A DNA stretch of 62,531 nt, counting the filler, from Actinomycetota bacterium (GTDB lineage: Bacteria > Actinomycetota > Acidimicrobiia > IMCC26256 > VFJJ01): the NCBI GenBank assembly GCA_009886115.1. It is 6 parts of 6 records of this genome, joined end to end, with 100 filler letters (N's around TTAATTAATTAA, not from the genome) between each part and the next. Parts side by side here need not be neighbours in the genome. Positions count along the whole stretch, not along the records: positions 1 to 29,709 come from VFJJ01000085.1; positions 29,810 to 36,832 come from VFJJ01000114.1; 4 more parts are not named here. The stretch is one strand, 5' to 3'. The position numbers were made by a program, and so were the translations under genes. The notes under the pieces were generated by a model that was not told the DNA's origin, did not search any database, and saw only the letters and a program-made list of their open reading frames with translations. This document shows positions 26,918-34,263 of the stretch, in pieces (the stretch's first letter is position 1; each line of letters starts with the position of its first letter).

Positions 26918-27372
26918 GCGACGCGAGCGGCAACAGTCCGATCGTGCATCATCTCTCGACCCGGACCGGTATTGACGCCGAGGAGCTCGCCGGGCGGAGC
27001 TTCCCCTACCAGCACGACCTCGCGCTGGTTGAGAACGTCGATCTCATCGCGTCCACGCCGGGGAAGGACCTGAACTGGCTGGAGGACGTGTCGTTGCTGG
27101 TCGAGGACGGCGTTCCTGCGGTGTTCGACCGGTACTCCAACTCGTTCCTCAAGATCCACTTCCCGATCCCGCCCGGACGGGAGGACGAGATCGCCCGCAA
27201 GGTCCTCATCACGCACCTCCAGTCGGGGAACTCGTACGGGATCATCCTCAAGCGCAAGCACGCCAAGTTCCCCCAGCCCGAGCTCGGACCATGGGTTGAC
27301 GGATCCGATTTGGTCGGCCAGGACTGGAAACCGTCCGTGCTCGAAGGCTGGGAAAGCCCCAGCGGCCACTGA
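26914..27372 (+). CDS. Hypothetical protein (152 aa) translationally coupled to the second glxD-like gene
   Basis: GTGA start/stop overlap at 26914; high-GC3 codon usage and globular composition; no family recognised. Confidence 0.75.
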   Translation: MSDASGNSPIVHHLSTRTGIDAEELAGRSFPYQHDLALVENVDLIASTPGKDLNWLEDVSLLVEDGVPAVFDRYSNSFLKIHFPIPPGREDEIARKVLITHLQSGNSYGIILKRKHAKFPQPELGPWVDGSDLVGQDWKPSVLEGWESPSGH

Positions 27373-27384
27373 GCCATCGACGTC

Positions 27385-28134
27385 GTGATCGAGCGGGCGC
27401 TCGTCCTCCAGCACATCGCCTGTGAACCTCCGGGCGTGTACGAGGACGTGCTCGTCGAGCGGGGCGTTGAGCTGGTGCGCGTCGAGCTCGACGCGGGCGA
27501 GTCGTTGCCGCCGTGGCGCGACTCCGACCTGATGGTGGTCATGGGCGGCCCCATGGGCGCCTACGAGGTGGAGGCCCACCCCTGGCTCGAGGGCGAGATC
27601 GCGGCCGTCGGCGACGCTGCTCGGGCCGGCCATCCCGTCTGGGGCGTGTGCCTGGGCGCTCAGATCCTCGCCGCGGCGCTGGGGGCTCCGGTGTATGCCG
27701 GCCCGGCACCTGAGGTCGGGGTGCTGCCGGTCACGCTCACCGACGCAGGTCGGACCGATCCGGTGCTCCGCGAGCTCGACCGGGCGCCGGCCGGCGACGC
27801 GGCTGGTGACGCGGCCGGCGATGCGCTGACGCTCCAGTGGCACGGCGACACGTTCGATCTCCCGGCTGGAGCCGAACTGCTCGCATCCTCGGGCGCGTAC
27901 CCTCAGCAGGCGTTCCGCTACGGGCGTTCGTACGGCCTCCAGTTCCACCTCGAGGTGTCACGCTCGATGGCCGCGGAGTGGGCCCTGGTCCCGGCCTACC
28001 GGGCCGCGCTCGACAGCGTCCTTGGCCCGGATTCGTGGCCGGCGCTGCAGCGTGACTTCGAGGCCCAGGTCGACGAGATGCGCGCACATGCTCGCTCGAT
28101 GTTCACCCACTGGCTCGACGTGGTCGTCGGCTGA
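27385..28134 (+). CDS. Class I (type 1) glutamine amidotransferase, GMP-synthase-like
   Basis: LQHIACEPPG, VVMGGPMG, GVCLGAQ nucleophile elbow, QWHGDTFDLP, LQFHLE (Cys-His-Glu triad). Confidence 0.9.
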   Translation: MIERALVLQHIACEPPGVYEDVLVERGVELVRVELDAGESLPPWRDSDLMVVMGGPMGAYEVEAHPWLEGEIAAVGDAARAGHPVWGVCLGAQILAAALGAPVYAGPAPEVGVLPVTLTDAGRTDPVLRELDRAPAGDAAGDAAGDALTLQWHGDTFDLPAGAELLASSGAYPQQAFRYGRSYGLQFHLEVSRSMAAEWALVPAYRAALDSVLGPDSWPALQRDFEAQVDEMRAHARSMFTHWLDVVVG

Positions 28135-28610
28135 TGACTGCGTCTCTGGAGCTCGTGATCGACGCCGTCGATGCTGAGGCGGTCGCTCACTTCTGGGCGC
28201 AGGCCCTACCGGCCGAGGTGCTGTATCGGCGCCCGCCTTATCTGGTGCTGGGCCTGGAGAGCGGGATACGGGTGCTCATCCAGCAGGTTGGGGATCCTCG
28301 GGAGCCGGAGCCGTCGGGTCCGGTCCTAAGCAGCGCTCCGGAGAGGATCGGAAGTGTTCACATCGACCTGCGCGTCGACGACCCCACGGCGACCGTCGAG
28401 CGCATCGTGGCCTTGGGAGCCCGCGTGTTGCGACACGTCGACGAGCGTGAGGACGGCGGTACGACCTGGACGGTTCTCGAAGATCCCTGGGGAATGGCGT
28501 TCTGCATCGCCCCGGCCCGGGACACCGCCGCAGCCAGCGCAGGATGTGATAAGCCGACCCTCGGGCGCGACAGGCGCCGCTCGAACGACCAAGACATGGG
28601 GGGCCCGTGA
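28134..28610 (+). CDS. VOC/glyoxalase-like protein
   Basis: VIDAVDAEAVAHFWAQAL...VHIDLRVDD...ALGA...WTVLEDPWGMAFCI; TGATG overlap with the GATase gene. Confidence 0.82.
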   Translation: MTASLELVIDAVDAEAVAHFWAQALPAEVLYRRPPYLVLGLESGIRVLIQQVGDPREPEPSGPVLSSAPERIGSVHIDLRVDDPTATVERIVALGARVLRHVDEREDGGTTWTVLEDPWGMAFCIAPARDTAAASAGCDKPTLGRDRRRSNDQDMGGP

Positions 28611-29038
28611 AGACGATCGTGGTTGGTACCGACGGCTCGGAGAGTTCGCTGGGCGCGGTACGTGAGGCCGCCAAGATGGCGGTGGCCCTCGATGCGACCC
28701 TCAACATTGCCTGCGTTGCCCGTCAGGCGATCGACTTCTCGGCGGCCGCGATGGCGCCGATGCCTGCGATGTTCGACACGAGCGCGAGCAGTGATGCCGA
28801 AGCGTCCGTCGCCAGTGCTGCGGATGCGGCTGCGGAGCTCGGCGCGGTCGTGGAGCGCCATGTGGTGCACGGAGAGCCGTCGGCCGCGCTGATCGAGCTG
28901 TGCGAGAAGCTCGACGCCGACCTGCTGGTCGTCGGCAGCCGCGGCATGACGGGCGCCGCGCGGTTCCTGCTCGGTAGCGTCCCCAACCGCTGCGCCCACC
29001 ACGCGCCGTGCTCCGTGCTGATCGTCCGCACGACCTGA
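28607..29038 (+). CDS. Universal stress protein
   Basis: IVVGTDGSESS...ADLLVVGSRGMTGAARFLLGSVPNRCAHHAPCSVLIVR. Confidence 0.93.
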   Translation: MKTIVVGTDGSESSLGAVREAAKMAVALDATLNIACVARQAIDFSAAAMAPMPAMFDTSASSDAEASVASAADAAAELGAVVERHVVHGEPSAALIELCEKLDADLLVVGSRGMTGAARFLLGSVPNRCAHHAPCSVLIVRTT

Positions 29039-29176
29039 CGGCCGGTGCGGGGGCTGACGCGTCGGAGATCACGGCTCGGAGGAGCACCTGCTGGGGCGCC
29101 TGTCGGAGCCGGCCCGCCTGTCTCGATGATGGCCGCCCCGTGCGGCGGGTGGGGGGCTTGTGGGAGGCTGCGGGGT

Positions 29177-29709
29177 GTGGAGGGCTTGCCGGCGGGGACG
29201 GTGACGTTTGTGTTCAGTGATGTGGAGGGTTCGACGCGTCGGTGGCAGGACGAGCCGGAGGCGATGCGGGCGTTGCTTTCCGAGCACGACGCGATCTTGC
29301 GGGACGTGATCGACAAGCATCACGGTCATCTGTTCAAGCACATGGGTGACGGGGTGGCCGCGGTGTTCGCGTCGGCGCATGACGCGGTGTCCGCGGCGGT
29401 GGATGGGCAGGCTCGGCTGCATGGCGTCTTGCCGGTGCGGATGGGGTTGCATACGGGTGAGGCGGAGGTGCGGGACGGGGATTATTTCGGTTCGACGTTG
29501 AACCGGTGTGCCCGGCTGATGGGGATCGCGCATGGCGACCAGATCGTGTGCAGCGCAGCGACCGCCGAGCTCGTCCGGGACCGTGACGATCTCCGGGATC
29601 TGGGTGAGCATCGGTTGCGGGATCTGTCGCGGGCTGAGCATGTCTGGCAGGTCGGTGGCGGCGAGTTTCCGGCGTTGCGGTCGTTGGAGAATGCGCCGAC
29701 GAACCTTCC
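29177..29709 (+). CDS. Class III adenylate/guanylate cyclase-domain protein, 5' partial (probably a cyclase-ATPase regulator)
   Basis: LPAGTVTFVFSDVEGSTRRW, KHMGDG, VRMGLHTGEA, YFGSTLNRCARL, LGEHRLRDL, FPALRSL...TNLP; cut by the contig end. Confidence 0.88.
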
Positions 29710-29809
29710 NNNNNNNNNNNNNNNNNNNNNNNNNNNNNNNNNNNNNNNNNNNNTTAATTAATTAANNNNNNNNNNNNNNNNNNNNNNNNNNNNNNNNNNN
29801 NNNNNNNNN
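29710..29809. other. Artificial contig-joining spacer
   Basis: N44-TTAATTAATTAA-N44 (stops in all six frames). Confidence 0.98.
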
Positions 29810-31505
29810 AGCGGGCCCACGCCTCGCGTCCGTCACGCTCGCGCTCCTCGCGCTCGGCGGCGGGATGCTCGGAACGGGCTTCGCGCTCGTGGCGCACGCC
29901 GTCTTCCCTTCGGACTTCCAGATGGGCTCGGGCATCGTGGCGCTGTGTGCCCTGACCGGCGCGCTGGCCACGGCGGCGATCCCTCCCACGGCCCGTCTGC
30001 TCGTCGGACCGGGCATGAGCCGTCTCAGCGCCGAGTTGGCTCGGGCCCGGGCGGCTGCCGATGCGCTCGAGCGTCGGGCCGGACACGATCCGCTGACCGG
30101 TCTGCCCAACCGGGTCCTGTTCCTCATGCATCTCGAGCACGCGCTCGACGCAGCCCGCCGGGACGGATCGACCGTCGCCGTCTTGTTCCTCGACCTCGAC
30201 CGCTTCAAGATCGTGAACGACTCGCTCGGCCACCGCGAGGGCGATCGACTCCTGTGCGTGATCGGCGAGCGGCTCCGAGGCCTCGTCCGGGAATCCGACG
30301 TGGTCGCGCGCCTCGGCGGCGATGAGTTCGTGATCCTCGTCGACCGGCTCAGGGAGCCCTCGCGCGCGCTCGCGCTCGCCGAACGCGTCGCCGAGGCCGT
30401 CGCGACGCCGATCGCGCTCGGCACGACCCAGGCCACGGTGTCGACGAGCATCGGCATCGCCGTTGCCAGTCCGGACACGCCGGCCGAGTCACCCGAGATC
30501 CTGGTTCGCAACGCCGACATCGCGATGTATCGGGCCAAGCACGCGGGCTCCGGCACCTACGAGGTGTTCGACATCGAGATGCAACGTCTCGTCACGGCCC
30601 GCCACGAGCGCGACGAGGCACTGCGCAACGCCGTGGAACGCAACGAGCTCGCCGTCGTCTATCAGCCGATCGTGAACGTGGCCACCGGGCTGATCTGGGG
30701 CTTCGCCGCCTCGGCCCACTGGAACGGACCGGGGAACGAACCCGTCGACCGGGAGGAGCTCGCGGCCGCGTGCGACCGGTTGGGGCTCATGCCCCGCGTG
30801 GGGGCACAGCTCACGACGGAGGCGTGTCGGCAGCTGGCGTCGTGGCGCGATCGGTGGCCGGTCCGCCATCTCGGCCTGGTGATCAGTGTCTCGGGCCGGC
30901 TGCTCGCCGATCCCGCGCTCGTGCCGATGGTCGAGGACGCGCTCACCGCGTCCGGCGTGAGCCCCGAGTCGCTGACCCTCGAGGTCACCGAGAGCGTGCT
31001 CGGGACCGATCCTGGCACCGACCAGGTGCTGTGCAGCCTCAAGCAGGCGGGCGTCAAAATCGCCGTCGACGGCTTCGGGACCGGGTACGAATCGCTGTTG
31101 CAGCTCCGGAGCCTGCCCTTCGACGTGGTCAGGGTGGGCGGGGGCCTGCTCGACCGTCTCGGTTTCCCATGCTGGCCCGATCCCACGGGCACGGGCCCCC
31201 GCATCGCTGAGGCTGGGCTGCCCGGCGCTGAGCCCCCCGACGACTCGAGGATCGTGGCGGCTGTGGTGCACCTGGCCCACGGGATCGGGATGCGAACGAT
31301 CGCCGACAGGATCGCGACGTCCCAGCAGCTCGCAACGCTCGCCAGCATGGGATGCGACTACGCGCAGGGTGACCACATCTCGCCCCCGGCGAGGCCCGAG
31401 GAGATCGAGCGTCTGCTGTCCGCTGAGCCCGTGCCCCGGTCGATGCCCTTCGCCGAGGCCGCCGCCTGGTTCAGCGAGGGCGTCGCGAGCTCGGGACCCG
31501 CGTAG
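29810..31505 (+). CDS. Membrane GGDEF-EAL protein, 5' partial; intact diguanylate cyclase, degenerate EAL
   Basis: HDPLTGLPNR, DLDRFKIVNDSLGH, RESD I-site + RLGGDEF, ADIAMYRAK; the EAL region reads GFAASAHW, VDGFGTGY and IADRI in place of EAL, DDFGTG and AEGVE. Confidence 0.88.
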
Positions 31506-31647
31506 CCGGTCCGATCGACCACGGCTCCGATCGGCCACGGCTCCGGGTCCCGGGTCCCGGACCGCATCCGGCCCGGCTCGCTGGTCGCTGACGCCGGTGT
31601 CAGACTGCGGCCCGTTCCGACCGCCAGCACCCGTCAGGAGCCGCGCC

Positions 31648-32484
31648 GTGGCCGACCAGGACGCCCCCAGAGCACTCGAGGATCAAGTCCTCACCCGGAC
31701 CGAGAACGGGGTGCTGTGGATCACCCTGAACCGACCCGAGGTCGCCAACTCGATCACGCCCGACCAGCGGAACTACATCATCGACCTCCTCGCCGAGGCC
31801 AACAGCTCGTTCGAGGTCAGGGCCGTCGTCCTCACCGCGACCGGGAAGTTCTTCTGCACAGGTGCCGATCTCCGCACGCCACGAGCCGCCGTCGTCAGGC
31901 CGGCCGACGTGCCCGAACGGGTGCTGGGCGACGCCCGACGGATGATGCTCACGGGGGCCATCCGCCTGATGACGGCCATCATGGACTGCGAGAAGCCGGT
32001 CATCGCAGCCGTTCCGGGGACCGCAGCGGGCATCGGCGCGCACATGGCCTTCGCGTCCGACCTGGTGATCGCCGCCGACACCGCCAAGTTCATCGAGGTC
32101 TTCGTGCGGCGGGGCCTTGTGTGCGACGGGCTCGGTACCTACATGCTCCCTCGACTGATCGGCTTGCAAAAAACGAAAGAGCTCGTGTTCTTTGGTGACG
32201 ATATCTCGGCACAGAAAGCTGCCGAGCTGGGACTCGTGAACAAGGTCGTTCCGGCGGCTGAGCTTGAATCAGCGACCAAAGAGTGGGCCGAGCGCCTCGC
32301 ATCATCCCCTACTAAGAGCATCATGATGAACAAATGGCTCATCAACAGGTCGCTCGATGTCGACCGGGCGACGATTGCTCACGACGAGGCTTGGGCCGTA
32401 GAGCTCATTACACAGACTGAAGATTCCAAGGAGGGCGTCGCCTCGTTCGTCGAGCGCCGGGCCCCCAACTTCCGCGGCTACTGA
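31648..32484 (+). CDS. Enoyl-CoA hydratase/isomerase family protein
   Basis: GTG at 31648 after AGGAG; ITLNRPEVANS, FCTGADL, KPVIAAV, TEDSKEGVASFVERRAPNF. Confidence 0.9.
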   Translation: MADQDAPRALEDQVLTRTENGVLWITLNRPEVANSITPDQRNYIIDLLAEANSSFEVRAVVLTATGKFFCTGADLRTPRAAVVRPADVPERVLGDARRMMLTGAIRLMTAIMDCEKPVIAAVPGTAAGIGAHMAFASDLVIAADTAKFIEVFVRRGLVCDGLGTYMLPRLIGLQKTKELVFFGDDISAQKAAELGLVNKVVPAAELESATKEWAERLASSPTKSIMMNKWLINRSLDVDRATIAHDEAWAVELITQTEDSKEGVASFVERRAPNFRGY

Positions 32485-32500
32485 GCCCACTGGAGATTCG

Positions 32501-33658
32501 ATGAGCGACATTCTTTCGATAAAGGATCGGACAGCTATCGTCGGCATCGGCGAGACAAAGTTCGCGAAGCATCTAGAACCGTCCGAAAAAGAGCTGGCCT
32601 GTATAGCGATCAAAAGTGCACTTGATGATGCTGGTATTCATCCATCAGAGGTCAACGCACTGTCGAGTTATACCATGGAATCGACCGAGGAGGTCGAGAT
32701 CGCTCGCAACCTCGGGATGGGCAACATCACGTTCTTCTCGCAGATCCACTACGGCGGCGGCGCCGGATGCGGATGCGTGCTGCACGTCGCGATGGCGGTC
32801 GCCACCGGTCAGGCCGACGTGGGCGTGGCCTGGCGGTCGCGCAAGCGGGGATCGGGGGCCCGACCCTGGGCGACGGTCGGGGCGCGCCTGCACGACAACT
32901 GGAAGTACACACGTCCGTACGGGCTGGTTCGACCGGTGGACGAGATCTCGCTGCTGACGCGCCGTTACATGCACGAGTACGGCGCGACTCGCGAGCACCT
33001 GTGCAACGTCGCGATGGCCGTCCGCAAGCACGCCAACAACAACCCCAACGCGATCATGTACGAGCGCACGCTGTCGCGCGACGAGTACATGAGCGCCCGC
33101 TGGATCTCCGAGCCCCTGTGCCTGTTCGACAACTGCCTCGAGACCGACGGCGCGCTCGCCTGCGTGATCGTGAGAGCCGACCGGGCCAAGGACACCTTGC
33201 AGAAGCCGGTGTACCTCCACGCTGCGTCGCAGGGTTTCGGTCCGCAACACCAGACGATGACGAACTACCACTGTGAAGACCCGCTGCTGGGTCCCTCGTG
33301 GGCCACCAGCGCCCGCTTGTGGTCGCTGTCCGACATCAAGCCGGCCGACATCAAGGTGGCGCAACTCTACGACGCCTTCTCGCCGCTCATCCCTCTCTCG
33401 TTGGAGGGCTACGGCTTCTGCGAGCGAGGGGAGGGAGCGGCGTTCACCGAGAACGGCGCCATCGAGATCGGCGGCCGGCTGCCCGTCAACACGAGCGGCG
33501 GCGGGATGTCCGAGGCGTACGTGCACGGTTTCAACCTGATCAACGAAGGGGTCCGCCAGATGCGGGGAACCTCGACGAACCAGGTCACGGGGGCCGACAG
33601 TTGCCTGGTGACGAGCGGCGAGGGTGTGCCGACGGGCGCCCTCATCCTGCGAACGTAA
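32501..33658 (+). CDS. Thiolase-fold lipid-transfer protein (Ltp2-like retro-aldolase)
   Basis: TAIVGIGETKF, GGGAG, RKHANNNPNA, DNCLETDGA, QLYDAFSP, VNTSGGGMSEAYVHG; followed by a DUF35 gene. Confidence 0.88.
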   Translation: MSDILSIKDRTAIVGIGETKFAKHLEPSEKELACIAIKSALDDAGIHPSEVNALSSYTMESTEEVEIARNLGMGNITFFSQIHYGGGAGCGCVLHVAMAVATGQADVGVAWRSRKRGSGARPWATVGARLHDNWKYTRPYGLVRPVDEISLLTRRYMHEYGATREHLCNVAMAVRKHANNNPNAIMYERTLSRDEYMSARWISEPLCLFDNCLETDGALACVIVRADRAKDTLQKPVYLHAASQGFGPQHQTMTNYHCEDPLLGPSWATSARLWSLSDIKPADIKVAQLYDAFSPLIPLSLEGYGFCERGEGAAFTENGAIEIGGRLPVNTSGGGMSEAYVHGFNLINEGVRQMRGTSTNQVTGADSCLVTSGEGVPTGALILRT

Positions 33659-33667
33659 GGAGCCGAG

Positions 33668-34129
33668 ATGGCTGGCGATGAGAAGATGGTGCAGGACTGG
33701 CCCCTCCCCGACACCGTCGAGGACGAGGACGCTCCGTTCTGGCAACACGCCAATGCCGGTGAGCTGGCGATCCAGGCCTGCGCGAGGTGCTCGAGGTTGC
33801 GCCACCCGGCCCGTCCCATGTGCCCGTTCTGCCAGTCCCGGGAGCGGGAATGGCGGGTCATGTCGGGTCACGGCCGGATCTGGTCGCTCACGATCCCGCA
33901 TCCACCGCTGCTGCCGGCGTTCATGCCCTACGCCCCGTACAACGTGATCGTGGTCGAGCTCGACGAGGACCCGACCATCCGTCTGGTCGGCAATTTGGTG
34001 ACGGGTCCCGACGGACGGATCGACGAGCTCGATCCGCACGAGATCATGATCGGCGAGCCCGTGCACACGGTCTTCACCCGGATGGCCGACGATTGCTCGC
34101 TCGTGCGCTGGGTCCGCGACGGGAGCTGA
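33668..34129 (+). CDS. Zn-ribbon/OB-fold (DUF35) protein
   Basis: APFWQ...QACARC...HPARPMCPFC...SGHGRIWS...PYNVIVVELDE. Confidence 0.9.
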   Translation: MAGDEKMVQDWPLPDTVEDEDAPFWQHANAGELAIQACARCSRLRHPARPMCPFCQSREREWRVMSGHGRIWSLTIPHPPLLPAFMPYAPYNVIVVELDEDPTIRLVGNLVTGPDGRIDELDPHEIMIGEPVHTVFTRMADDCSLVRWVRDGS

Positions 34130-34156
34130 TGCGTCTCAGCGCGAGAGCCGACGGGC

Positions 34157-34214
34157 CAGATGGCAGATGGCAGAAGGTCCGGTGGCAGATGGCACACGGC
34201 AGAAGGTCCGGTGG
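34157..34214. repeat. Heptamer-based 29-bp tandem repeat (2 copies)
   Basis: CAGATGGCAGATGGCAGAAGGTCCGGTGG / CAGATGGCACACGGCAGAAGGTCCGGTGG between convergent genes. Confidence 0.75.
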
Positions 34215-34263
34215 TCGATGGCCGGAGGCCAGAAGCCTCCAGAAGCCGCGAGCCGAGACCTCG

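Noticed and set aside
29177..29709. Cyclase gene as part of the amine island
   Set aside because: It has no operator copy upstream and a different G/T-rich composition, and it belongs to a commonly multi-copy family that plausibly caused the contig break.
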